Shown: in pieces, positions 49,601-59,059 of the stretch
How positions within the stretch are numbered: position 1 is the first letter of the stretch
Layout: each line of letters begins with the position of its first letter
Source of the DNA: an uncultured bacterium
GTDB taxonomy: Bacteria > Verrucomicrobiota > Verrucomicrobiia > Verrucomicrobiales > DEV007
NCBI GenBank assembly: GCA_963977015.1
Contig: CAXBMO010000013.1
Coordinates: 32,001-96,000 of the forward strand
DNA: 64,000 bases
Direction: 5' to 3'
The notes under the pieces: model-generated
Told to the model about the DNA's origin: nothing
Seen by the model: the letters and a program-made list of their open reading frames with translations, nothing else
Databases searched by the model: none
Translations under genes and position numbers: made by a program

Positions 49601-52600
49601 ATAGGGTGAGGAAGTATCGTTCCAATCATCGACGATCCGCTTCTCGTCTTCCTCGGACAGGAGGTTGATCTCAGAGATATGAAGATCCGGATTCGCGGTG
49701 ATCTGACTAAGAACCTGGGCGTAGAGCTTGTTGAGATAAGCAATGGTGCTCTCATCAAAAAGATCGGAATTGTATTGCCAGCATCCGTAGAGAATTCCAT
49801 CCGCTTCTTCGACCACGAGGGTGATCTCGAATTGGGCTTGGCGTAGAGTCAAATCGACAGTCTCAACGCTCATGTCCCCAACATGGATCTTGTGTCCTCC
49901 CTGGCCGATCATGAAGACTGCTGCGTCTCCACCATCCAGGCCCGGAATTTTCTCCATGCTGAACGAGACTTGGAAAATTGGCGAGCGACTTGGATCGCGC
50001 GGCACTTTCAGTTGGTCCACCAATTTGGCCAAGGGGTAGTGCTGGTTTTCCAGTGCACCGAGAACCGAGGCGCTGTTGCGAGAGACATACTCGCTGAACT
50101 TGGGATCATCCTCCACCTGGCTTCGCACGGCGACAGGATTGATGAAGTAGCCAATCATGTCGTGCAACTCCTGCTGATTTCTTCCGGCGAGAGGTACGCC
50201 AACAAGAAGATCTTCCTGGTTACAGTAGCGGTGAAGGAGAATCTCAAAGCCACTTAAAAGCGTCGTGAAAAGCGTCGCATTCTGCTGTTGGGAGAGCTCG
50301 ATCACACGCTTGGTGAGACCTTCGTCGAGCTTGAATCCGTAGGCTGCGCCGTTGAACGTTTGCACAGGAGGACGCGGGCGGTCGGTTGGTAAATCGAGAA
50401 TCAGTGGCGCATCTGCCAAATGATCTTTCCAGTATTCCAACATCCGATCACCGGTTTCACCCTCCAAGTGAGCTTGCTCCCACCGTACGAAATCGTGGTA
50501 GCGTGCCTCGATCTCCTCCCACTCCGGTTCCTTGCCGATCTTACGGGAGAAGTAACTCTCGATCAGATCGTTCATGAAGAGGGTGACCGACCATGCATCA
50601 CTGACAATGTGGTGCATGCAGAGCAGGGTGATGTGCGCATTGTCGCCGGTTTTGAACAGTTCAAGACGAACGACCGGTCCTTTCTCGAGATTGAACGGCT
50701 TGTTGGCATGCTCGACCAACAACGACTTGATTTCGTCATCAGTCAGGCTCGTTACGTCGTGCTCGCGGAAATCAATGGTTCGCCCCTTATGGATCCGTTG
50801 GATTGGAGAGCCATTCACAGTGTGGAACGTGACATCCAGCATTGGGTGGCGAGAATAGAGGCCCATGAAGGCTTCTTTCATCACTTCGATATCAATGCCT
50901 GGAGAAATCTTGCCGCTGTAAACCAGGTTGTAGGCTGGGCTTTCCGGCGCCAATTGATGGAGGAACCAAAGAGCTTTTTGACCCTCTGTAAGCGGGAATT
51001 CGAGAACTTCTTCACCAGAAAGTTCAAGCGCAGGCAAGGAGCCTGATCCCGTGTTTCCACCACCTCCGGACTCGGAAAGCTCGTCTCCCGCACTCTCCAA
51101 AAGAGTCTCAAGAACCGGGATGGCCAATTCTTTGATGTTCGGTCCGTTCAGAACCGAGCCCATGGGAACACTGATGCCGAGTTGGGATTCAACCCGGTTC
51201 ATCAATTCAATCGCCATCAGGGAGTCGAGTCCGATCTGATTGAGCGGAAGGTCCTTACTGATTTTGCTGACATCGGTTCCAAAAACTCCTGCCACTTGCT
51301 CAGACAGGAAATCGACCATCAGTCCATGACGTTTGTCTGGTGCTGCCTGGATGATTTGGCTCCGAATCGCGCCGCCTTCACCATCGCCGTCATCACCCAC
51401 CAATGCTCCATAAACGGGAGAATTTGCAATGAGCGAGGAGAAACGCGCCAGTGAATTCCAGTCGATCCGGCTTGCGGCAAGGTTGGTTGCCTTCCGTGGA
51501 AGAAAGCGCCCGAACACACTCAGCGTTTCCGGCATATTGTAAGCCTTCATGCCAAGCATATCGAGATACTGCGCGGTCTTCTCATTTCGCTCCACGAAAC
51601 CAGCTCCGGTCAACGCGCCCCAGTTGAAGGTCAGTCCGTCGCCAATTCCAATGGAGTTCCGATGTTGCGCGATCGCATCAAGGAACGAGTTGCCGGCGTT
51701 GTAATTCGATTGGCGAACCGCTCCAATTACGGTCGAAAACGAGGAAAAGGACGTAAAGAAGTCCAGCGCGATATCCTTGGTGAGGGTGTGGAGAATCCAC
51801 GCTCCCAGCATTTTCGGGTGAACCACGCGGTCAAAGCCTTCCTCGTCCAACTCAACGATATCCAGGTCATTGATGACCATCGCACCATGGACGACGCCGC
51901 CCAACGGAGCTTTTGATCCCTGAATCTTGGCGACGATTTCCTTGAGTCGCGGTTGATCGGTCACGTCAGCGCGGAGGTCGAGGACGTTCACGCCCTTCTT
52001 CTCCAGCACGGCAATATCGGCTTGCGCCTCCTCTTTCGGGCCGCTTCTGGATACCAACGCCAAATTCTTGGCTCCGTTCTTCACCATCCATTTGGCGAGT
52101 TCGAAACCGAAACCACCGGCACCACCGGTGATCAGGTAGGTGCGATCCTCGCGGAAGAGATGACCTCCCTGGGTGCAGGGACCAACTTGAATGGAAGGCA
52201 GATCGAAGGAGAGAACGTTTTTCCCGATGTGCTTGCCTTGCGCCATGTAACGAAAGGCGTCGACAACCTCGGTAATCGGGAAGGTCTTATGAGGCAACGC
52301 TTCGTAGGTTTGCGCGTAAAACTCGTCTTCCAATTCCTTGAGCATCGCAGCGACATAGGATGGCTTGGATTCCAAATGCTGGGCAAGATCAACCACATGA
52401 TAGCTGATGTTGTTCTTCAGCATCTCCATGCCAAATTTCGAGTTGCCGTAGACGTCGATCTTCCCGATCTCGACGAAACGGCCGAAACGCCGCAGGCACT
52501 GGAAGGATTTGGGAATGAAATCGCCAGCCAATGAGTTGAGGACACAATCGATCCCCTCACCGTTGGTGATTTCCATGATCTCGTCCGCGAAATCCAGGGT

Positions 52601-55600
52601 TCTGGAATTCATGACGTGATGCACACCCCAGTCGCGGAGAAGTTGACGTTTTTCGTCAGTCCCGGCTGTCGCGAAAATTTCGAGACCAAGGTTCTTCGCA
52701 ATTTGGATCGCGGCAGATCCAACGCCGCCAGTTCCGGCATGAATCAAGACGCGTTCACCTTTCTGCATGTGTGCGAGATGAACCAAGGCGTAATGGCTGG
52801 TCAGGAAAACCGTAGGCAGGGTCGCCGCCCCTTCGAACTCGAGATGATCCGGCTTCTTGAAGACCAGGTTCCGATTCACGGTGACGTAACTCCGGAACGC
52901 ATAGGGAGCCATTCCGACGACGTTGTCGCCAGGGCGAAGATCTTTGACACCTTTTCCAACTTTGACCACCGTTCCTGCGATATCATCGCCGAACCACTTG
53001 ATGTCGATCGGGTTGCCGGGATACATCCCCAAAGCTTTCATGACGTCGCGGAAGTTGATTCCGCCCGCCTTGACTTGAATTTCAATTTCGCCTTCGCCGG
53101 GCTCTCGACGCGGCGTCTCATTGAGGCTCAAGTTCTGAAGAACTCCGGGCTTATCGATTTCAAGGCGATAGCTCAGGACGGATCCATCAGGCTGAACCGC
53201 CTCCCGGGTTTTCATCGGGATTTCGTCGTTCTTGACCCGGGTCAAACGGTTTACGTGGCGAATATCACCGCGATAGGCGATTTCCAGCTCACGACCAGGT
53301 TTGGTCAATTCCCAGAAAACATCTTCAACTTCAAACGCGGACGCGTTCGCATCCAAATCGACCATTGTGATCGGCCATTCAGGATGCTCATTGTTCGCTA
53401 CCCGGACAAATCCGGTGAGAGGTGCGGCGGAAATGTCGCCCAGTTTTTCACCCTGAATTGAGGTGCGGCCCCGGGTCAAAACCAGCATTCGAGGCGCCGG
53501 CTCCGGTTTGATCCGGTTCAGCGCATGAATCATGGTCCGGAGGCTGTGGGTGCCGAGCTTTTGCGAGGCTGCGAGATCTTCCAGCGAGACGTCGTCGACG
53601 GAAGGCGCATCGAGTGTCCATGCGTGAAGGAATGCCGTGGCACGGTGACCAGCTTCACTCAGTTTGGCGAACAGTTGTTCCCAGTCTGAGGTAAGGTCGG
53701 GCGCAATCTCAAAGGAGCTGTCGCTGGTTTCCGCAAATTCTGGACCGGCGGAGACCGTCACGACACGGATCCCTGAATTGGTCAGCGAATCCGTCAGTTT
53801 GGCCGCAAAGCCAGCTTTGTCTTCCAGCAGAACATAGGTTTCCTGGGCTGGAAGGTCTTCCTCGACTTCGGAATCTTGATCCAAAGCCACAGGTTTTGGA
53901 GCTCTCGCCAAAAAGACGGCTTGTTGACATTCCTCGGGCTTCTCCGAACTCACAAAGGAGTCCACATCCTGATAGCCCAATTCGCTCAGGAGAGAAATCC
54001 ACTTCTCCCGAGGCATGAGGGCCGAATCGGGCCGGAGATCGGTGTCTTCGTAATACCACCACCCCTGAAGCAGGCCGAACAGGTTGTTCAAAGCCGTCCT
54101 TGGTTTGGTGACTTCCAGGAACATCAGGACGCCGTCTTCGGAGAGGCAGCGGGTGATGTTCCCCAGAGTATTTTTCAGGTCGCCGGTCGCGTGAACGACG
54201 TTGGTTCCCAAAATCAGGTCATAGCCTTCTACGTCGAGACCCTGGCCTTCAGGATCCTTCTCGATATCAAAGGTCGTGTATTCGACAAAGTTGTAGTCGC
54301 CAAACTGCTTCTTGGCATCCCCCAGAAACGCAGGACTGGTATCCGTGAAGGTGTATTCGCTTCGGTGAGGAGGCAGAACCGGCAAAACCGCGCGGGTCAA
54401 AGAACCTGTGCCGGCTCCGACTTCGAGCACCCGAATGGCACGGCGCTCGGGCATGGAGGCAATCAGTTCCGCGACGGCCTTCCCGACCATGTCGTTATTC
54501 GCGGGGAAGTCAGCGCCTTCCCGATAAAACCGGGTCAGCGAATCAATCGCCTGGCCGGACGGGAACAGCATTTCCACAGGGTCCACTTCTCCGGACAACA
54601 CGCCGGCGAGATTGGGGCCCGTGAGTTGCTGCAATTCGGATTCCGAGGCGAATTGCTCAAACTCAGCATTCAGCGGAGCAAGATCCACCGGGAGAGCTTT
54701 GGGCTTCTCGATGACCTCCCACTGGTCCGCGCTGACCGACTTGAGCCAACCAGAACTGGTGAGCGTGTCGAGATGGGCCCGGAAAAGTCGTGCATGGGTG
54801 TCGAGAACGCCAAGCTTCTCCTTCAACTCTTCAAACTCGAACTGGGCGCCAACCTTTGGTTTCCAGCCCAATTCAATGAAGGCGTTGATGACATACTGCT
54901 CCGCGGCAGCTTCCAACTGTTTGGCGAAGGAACTGTAATAGGCGGAGAGACCGTATTCCTCGTAAACCTGAGGAACGATCTTGTGAATTCCATCGAGAAC
55001 CTTGGAGATGGAAATATAGCCGGGAGTTCCTTCGGCATGACTTCCCTTGAGGCGTCTGGGCTCCCACTTGAACTGGTAGAAAGAGTTATCGACCTCTTCC
55101 TCAGCTTCATCCTTTTGAGCTGCCCGATCGACTCGGAAACCATTGATTTCGGCAACCGGTTCGCCGCTTTCGTCATAGACGTAAATATTGGAAATCAGGG
55201 TCTCGCGATCATCAAAGAAGATCTTGGAGTGAATCCACAGCTTACTTTCGGGAATTGGCTCACGGAGAATGCGGACGCGATTAATCGCAGCCGGCAGGTA
55301 GAAGTAATCAGAGCCCTTCGCTCCATCCGGAATGACTTGAGCCCCTTTCACGCCATGGAAGCAAGCATCAAGCACGGCTGGATGAATGCGGTAGCCTTCC
55401 ATGGACTTCAGAACGCCTTCGGGAACCTCAATTTCGGCAACCGACTCGTGCGGCTTGCGCCAGACATTCTGCAAATGGCGAAAGTTGGGGCCGAACTGGT
55501 AACCGGCGTCGAGATAGTCCTGATAGTACTCCTCGTGATCATAATGCCGTTCCATTCGATCGCGAAGCGCCTTCAAATCCGCTTTCCCGATGTTTGGAAC

Positions 55601-58600
55601 ACCGAGCTTGCGAAGTTTTCCAACGGCATTGAGATCCCATTCTTTGAGGGCATTTCCTCCAGCATTGGAATAGACTTGGAAGGAGCGGTCAGATTCGTCA
55701 AAGACCACGCGAATCGTGGGGACTTTGGACTCGCTAACGAAAAGCGCCTTCTTGGCCTCCAGTTCCTCGACACAATAGTCTTCTCCGGGGAACAGCTCCT
55801 CACAGAGGGCCAGGCCGATCTCCGCGTAACCCGCTGCCGGGAAAATGATCGAATCCCAGAAACGGTGATCCTCAAGGTAAGGGAAAAGCCGGGGATCGAG
55901 ATAAAACTCGTAGGTGGGCTTGACTCCATTTGTCCGAATACCCAGCAAAGGGTGAACGGTTGGAGAACAGCGAAGATGAGTTCCTTCTTCACTCTCGAGC
56001 CAGAACTTCTCCCGATTCCAAGGGTAGCTTGGCTGCGGAATAAAGCGGCCCGCCGCCTGACACACGGATTTCCAATCAACCTTGGTTCCGTAATTGTGCA
56101 GACCGGCCAGATTCGTCAGCATTTCCTGATTCTCCCTAGTCTTCCGTTTCAGGGAGTAGAAAACCGCGCCTTTGCGCTTCTGTTCCGCCAGACAGTCTCC
56201 GATCGGACCTTGAAGGGCAGGGTGTGGTCCCAGTTCAACAAACAATCTCTCGCCTCCGCGAATCAGATTGGTCATCGCCGGGGCGAAAAGCACGCTTTCG
56301 CGGACATTGCGCCACCAATACATTCCATCCAACTCTTCGCCCCGGAGCATTCCCCCCGTAACGGTCGAGATATAGGGAATCTTGGTGTCGCGTGGCTTGA
56401 TGCCCTTCAGCGCCTCAAGGAGTTCGTCCTTGATCGGCTCCATCTGGTGCGTGTGGAACGCGTAATTGATTCTGAGTAGGCGGACGAACTTTCCTTCGGA
56501 TTCGAGCTTTGCAGCAAGCTCCTCAAGGGGAAGCTTGTCTCCAGCCAAGGTGATCATCGTCGGGCTGTTCACCACCGCGACCTGGATCTTGTCTTCCAAA
56601 CCCTTGATGGCGGCTTTCCCTTCAGCCTCGCTCAGGCCGACGGCATACATTCTTCCCTTGTTGCCGTCACCACCGGTGTTCTCCTGCAGACGAGAGCGAT
56701 GAAAGATGACTTTGACCGCGTCCTCGAGGGTGTAAGCACCGGCAACGTAAGCGGCGGCAACCTCTCCAACGGAGTGACCAACCACTTTTGCGGGTTCAAC
56801 GCCCCAGCTCTTCCAGAGCTCGGCGAGAGCAACCTGGAGGGCAAAAATCGCCGGTTGAGCAATGTAGGTTCGATTGATGTTCGAATCCTCTTCACTCCGG
56901 GTCATCTCTTCCAACAAAGACCAATCTCCAAGCTTCCGAATCTGCTTGTCGATCTTTTCAATGGTCTTCCGGAAAACGGGCTCGGTTTCGAGCAATTCCT
57001 GGCCCATGGCCCACCACTGGGCTCCTTGTCCGGTGAAAACAAAGACAACTGGGGCTGGTTCATCGGCAGTTGTCCCGTGAACGACACCTTCGATGTCGGC
57101 GCCGGAAGTGTTTTTGGCGAAGGCACGAAGGCGGTCCCGAAGTTCTTTTGCGCTGTTTCCGAAAACGACAGCTCGTTGATCGTGCTGTTCCTTGCGAGCT
57201 CCGGCGGAATAAGTGACCTCTGCAAGGTCAAGCGATTCGTCCTCGAGCCAGGCGCGATACCGATTTGCATAAGCCTTGATCGTCGTTTCGTCCTTGCCGG
57301 AAATCGGCAGGGCGTACGGGCGATCGGCCTTTTCCCGAGGCTTCTTGGGAAGCTTTTGTTCCGGCGCGCCCTCCAAGACGATGTGGGCGTTGGTTCCACC
57401 AAATCCGAAGGAGTTGACGGAGGCAACCGGGAGGTCTCCAGGTGCCGGCTCCAGCGGAGTCAGTTCGGTGACGACCTGAAGTTTAAGCCCTTCGAAGTCG
57501 ATGTTCGGATTGGGATTCTTAAAATTGAGGTTGGGAGGAACCTTTCCTTTGTTGAGGACCAGCGCCGCTTTCACCATACCGGCGGCACCCGATCCGGATT
57601 CCAGGTGTCCCACGTTGGTCTTCACGGAACCGATCAGGCACTTGTTGTCATCGGAGCGGCCTTGGGAAAGGACGTTACCGAGGGCATTGGTCTCGATCGG
57701 GTCACCGACAGGTGTTCCCGTTCCGTGAGCTTCCATGTAGGTTACCCGTGAAGGAGACATGTTCGCCTCCTCGTAGGCTTGGACCAACATGACTTCTTGA
57801 GTTTCCTGGCCAGGAACGGTCATTGAAGACGTATTTCCGTCCTGATTGATGACGGCGGAACGCACCGTGGCGTAAATCCGGTCGTTGTTTTCGAGTGCCT
57901 TGGACAGCGGCAGAATCATCATCATCCCCGCGCCTTCGCCACGGACATAACCGTTCGCGCGATCGTCAAAGGCGAAGCATTGCCCGCTTGGAGACAGCAT
58001 CGTGGCTTTGGAGAAGCCAATCGAGGTGTCTGGAGTGAGCAACGCATTTACGCCGCCAACCAATGCGTGATCAATTGTGCCGGCCCACATGTCGCGGCAG
58101 CCAATGTTGATGGCAACAAGAGCGGAAGAGCAGGCGGTGTCCACCGAGATGGCAGGCCCTTTCAAATCCATCAGGTAGGCAATGCGATTGGAGGCAATCG
58201 AAAGCGTCGAACCCGAGTTGGTATGAACGTCCACATCGTCAGGGCTTGTCATCTGCACCTGAGCGTAATCATTCGAAGCAATGCCAACGTAGACCCCGGT
58301 TCGGGTATTCTTCAGGGCACTAGGTTGATATCCTGCATCCTCAATCGACTCCCAGGCACATTCGAGCAGCCACCGCTGTTGAGGATCCATTCGGAGAGCT
58401 TCACGAGGGGAAATTCCCCAGAACTGGGCGTCGAAATGGTCCAGGTTGGAGACAAAGCCACCCCATTTGGTGTGCATCTTTCTCGGAATCGAGGTGTCTG
58501 GATGATAGAATCGCTCTCGATTCCAGCGATTTTCCGGCACTTCGATGATTCCAGAACGGCCTTCGGCCAGCATGTTCCAAAATGACTCCGTGTCTTCTAC

Positions 58601-58678
58601 TCCACCAGGGAAGCGGCACCCAATGCCAACAATAGCAAGAGGTTCCCGGTTGGTTGGCCCAGTCGGTTGTTTATCCAT
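46619..58678 (-). CDS. Hybrid type I PKS-NRPS: KS-AT-DH-cMT-ER-KR-ACP-C-A-PCP plus terminal acyl-ACP-reductase-like domain
   Basis: KS DTACSS/HGTGT/GHLE; AT GHSVG and YAFH; DH HRFWDSIIFP and DACF; MT LEVGAGTG; ER HAGTGGVG; KR TGGAGGFG and YNAGN; ACP GLDSL; C HHIVSD; A YTSGSTGTPKG and YGPTE; PCP GGDSL. Confidence 0.96.
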   Translation of the reverse strand: MDKQPTGPTNREPLAIVGIGCRFPGGVEDTESFWNMLAEGRSGIIEVPENRWNRERFYHPDTSIPRKMHTKWGGFVSNLDHFDAQFWGISPREALRMDPQQRWLLECAWESIEDAGYQPSALKNTRTGVYVGIASNDYAQVQMTSPDDVDVHTNSGSTLSIASNRIAYLMDLKGPAISVDTACSSALVAINIGCRDMWAGTIDHALVGGVNALLTPDTSIGFSKATMLSPSGQCFAFDDRANGYVRGEGAGMMMILPLSKALENNDRIYATVRSAVINQDGNTSSMTVPGQETQEVMLVQAYEEANMSPSRVTYMEAHGTGTPVGDPIETNALGNVLSQGRSDDNKCLIGSVKTNVGHLESGSGAAGMVKAALVLNKGKVPPNLNFKNPNPNIDFEGLKLQVVTELTPLEPAPGDLPVASVNSFGFGGTNAHIVLEGAPEQKLPKKPREKADRPYALPISGKDETTIKAYANRYRAWLEDESLDLAEVTYSAGARKEQHDQRAVVFGNSAKELRDRLRAFAKNTSGADIEGVVHGTTADEPAPVVFVFTGQGAQWWAMGQELLETEPVFRKTIEKIDKQIRKLGDWSLLEEMTRSEEDSNINRTYIAQPAIFALQVALAELWKSWGVEPAKVVGHSVGEVAAAYVAGAYTLEDAVKVIFHRSRLQENTGGDGNKGRMYAVGLSEAEGKAAIKGLEDKIQVAVVNSPTMITLAGDKLPLEELAAKLESEGKFVRLLRINYAFHTHQMEPIKDELLEALKGIKPRDTKIPYISTVTGGMLRGEELDGMYWWRNVRESVLFAPAMTNLIRGGERLFVELGPHPALQGPIGDCLAEQKRKGAVFYSLKRKTRENQEMLTNLAGLHNYGTKVDWKSVCQAAGRFIPQPSYPWNREKFWLESEEGTHLRCSPTVHPLLGIRTNGVKPTYEFYLDPRLFPYLEDHRFWDSIIFPAAGYAEIGLALCEELFPGEDYCVEELEAKKALFVSESKVPTIRVVFDESDRSFQVYSNAGGNALKEWDLNAVGKLRKLGVPNIGKADLKALRDRMERHYDHEEYYQDYLDAGYQFGPNFRHLQNVWRKPHESVAEIEVPEGVLKSMEGYRIHPAVLDACFHGVKGAQVIPDGAKGSDYFYLPAAINRVRILREPIPESKLWIHSKIFFDDRETLISNIYVYDESGEPVAEINGFRVDRAAQKDEAEEEVDNSFYQFKWEPRRLKGSHAEGTPGYISISKVLDGIHKIVPQVYEEYGLSAYYSSFAKQLEAAAEQYVINAFIELGWKPKVGAQFEFEELKEKLGVLDTHARLFRAHLDTLTSSGWLKSVSADQWEVIEKPKALPVDLAPLNAEFEQFASESELQQLTGPNLAGVLSGEVDPVEMLFPSGQAIDSLTRFYREGADFPANNDMVGKAVAELIASMPERRAIRVLEVGAGTGSLTRAVLPVLPPHRSEYTFTDTSPAFLGDAKKQFGDYNFVEYTTFDIEKDPEGQGLDVEGYDLILGTNVVHATGDLKNTLGNITRCLSEDGVLMFLEVTKPRTALNNLFGLLQGWWYYEDTDLRPDSALMPREKWISLLSELGYQDVDSFVSSEKPEECQQAVFLARAPKPVALDQDSEVEEDLPAQETYVLLEDKAGFAAKLTDSLTNSGIRVVTVSAGPEFAETSDSSFEIAPDLTSDWEQLFAKLSEAGHRATAFLHAWTLDAPSVDDVSLEDLAASQKLGTHSLRTMIHALNRIKPEPAPRMLVLTRGRTSIQGEKLGDISAAPLTGFVRVANNEHPEWPITMVDLDANASAFEVEDVFWELTKPGRELEIAYRGDIRHVNRLTRVKNDEIPMKTREAVQPDGSVLSYRLEIDKPGVLQNLSLNETPRREPGEGEIEIQVKAGGINFRDVMKALGMYPGNPIDIKWFGDDIAGTVVKVGKGVKDLRPGDNVVGMAPYAFRSYVTVNRNLVFKKPDHLEFEGAATLPTVFLTSHYALVHLAHMQKGERVLIHAGTGGVGSAAIQIAKNLGLEIFATAGTDEKRQLLRDWGVHHVMNSRTLDFADEIMEITNGEGIDCVLNSLAGDFIPKSFQCLRRFGRFVEIGKIDVYGNSKFGMEMLKNNISYHVVDLAQHLESKPSYVAAMLKELEDEFYAQTYEALPHKTFPITEVVDAFRYMAQGKHIGKNVLSFDLPSIQVGPCTQGGHLFREDRTYLITGGAGGFGFELAKWMVKNGAKNLALVSRSGPKEEAQADIAVLEKKGVNVLDLRADVTDQPRLKEIVAKIQGSKAPLGGVVHGAMVINDLDIVELDEEGFDRVVHPKMLGAWILHTLTKDIALDFFTSFSSFSTVIGAVRQSNYNAGNSFLDAIAQHRNSIGIGDGLTFNWGALTGAGFVERNEKTAQYLDMLGMKAYNMPETLSVFGRFLPRKATNLAASRIDWNSLARFSSLIANSPVYGALVGDDGDGEGGAIRSQIIQAAPDKRHGLMVDFLSEQVAGVFGTDVSKISKDLPLNQIGLDSLMAIELMNRVESQLGISVPMGSVLNGPNIKELAIPVLETLLESAGDELSESGGGGNTGSGSLPALELSGEEVLEFPLTEGQKALWFLHQLAPESPAYNLVYSGKISPGIDIEVMKEAFMGLYSRHPMLDVTFHTVNGSPIQRIHKGRTIDFREHDVTSLTDDEIKSLLVEHANKPFNLEKGPVVRLELFKTGDNAHITLLCMHHIVSDAWSVTLFMNDLIESYFSRKIGKEPEWEEIEARYHDFVRWEQAHLEGETGDRMLEYWKDHLADAPLILDLPTDRPRPPVQTFNGAAYGFKLDEGLTKRVIELSQQQNATLFTTLLSGFEILLHRYCNQEDLLVGVPLAGRNQQELHDMIGYFINPVAVRSQVEDDPKFSEYVSRNSASVLGALENQHYPLAKLVDQLKVPRDPSRSPIFQVSFSMEKIPGLDGGDAAVFMIGQGGHKIHVGDMSVETVDLTLRQAQFEITLVVEEADGILYGCWQYNSDLFDESTIAYLNKLYAQVLSQITANPDLHISEINLLSEEDEKRIVDDWNDTSSPYPEESLLHELVADAVTQTPDKIAIRCGGDTLTYNQLDRKADGLAQKLADVGVGPDQPVALLTERSCDMVVGTLGILKSGACYVPMDPEFPAYRLEQMLQDAKPDVIVTQRSLQKGLPDGDWMVICLEDVTPTDESPSISQLSAESLAYIIYTSGSTGTPKGVEISHRAAVNFLTSMQITPGMDENDRLLAVTTLSFDISLLELYLPLLSGGEVVIASRDEVKDGRHLGHMLEEFDITVMQATPATWQMLIEGGWNGKESLRVFSGGEPLSRGLATQLLERAGQVWNLYGPTETTVWSTVEKVEAGDETISVGRPIANTSIYILDDNEKPVPAGFVGNLYIGGAGLARGYHEKPDLTMDRFGTITLPNGEKERVYNTGDLARWTQDGKLECLGRSDFQIKLRGVRMELDDIEAHLVDSSRVKQAVVIRRDDLPGGPNLVAYVIPNGETDGLIPDLRAHLSDRLPESMRPAFYSIVDEYPLTPNKKVDRKRLPVPQIDRSGLETEYVAPQTESEQLLADIFTEAFETEKFGIRDNFFEMGGDSLLAVRVLAQASEAFNRDIPVEAFLRFPTIEQLANYLHSDESQEETAFDLSHLEKLASSTHLSVEFVEEGSALPQVDAVALACIPDAFAGITGMSREEMVGQWFKHEPRLGNVYELPFGKIGLIVLPTFELDIFKDEARLRKSITHGLEMASKMGAKTVSLTGMLPSATDYGREIQTWFDDGVELPAITTGDATRTATIIKTIEGTLEQTDRKFADERVAFVGLRSIGMGTVKLALEVLPHPKEILLCDPYMSAEQLDMIRREVKQTGYNGQITVHPNGGGLPASVYGATFVVGTTSIPGILDISKLNPGTVIVDYSFPPSFRIADAVKRFEERNDILFTTGGELHLDEDIRETIYLPNMAQELSTLVDSRHISLLAGRDPKEITGCIVVSLLTSMQADVKPTLGPVSPKDVLAHYQYLAKRGFKPARLQMHRYFLDPERVATFAKVKPKNALT

Positions 58679-59059
58679 GCGCGAGGCTGTTTAGTTCTTC
58701 AGTTGGTTCTGAAAGGATCAGAGTTCCTTACGGTTGAATTTATTGCGAGTGTGTGTGGCGGTGAGATGCGGACCCTAATTTGAAGCGAATCCTGGGCAAA
58801 TTTCAACGGATTGCTGTGATTTCATGGTAAGAAAGACTAACTCTACGGGAGAAACTGTAATTTTTAGAATGGCTAGTCTTCGCATCTGGAGCAGAATTGG
58901 GCTGGATTATGGCTGGCATTTGGTCCGCGTCAAGCGCCCCTGATCGATAGAATTTTATGCGATGATGACTGGAGTTGAGTCGATTGTGGTTCGCAAAGTC
59001 GCCTAACCTTCCCGAAATGCTGTCGGATGTTGGGGAAGGAAACGCTGCGAAAGCGGGAA

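Noticed and set aside
53876-56479. 867-aa plus-strand ORF
   Set aside because: Antisense shadow inside the motif-complete PKS; no recognisable motifs
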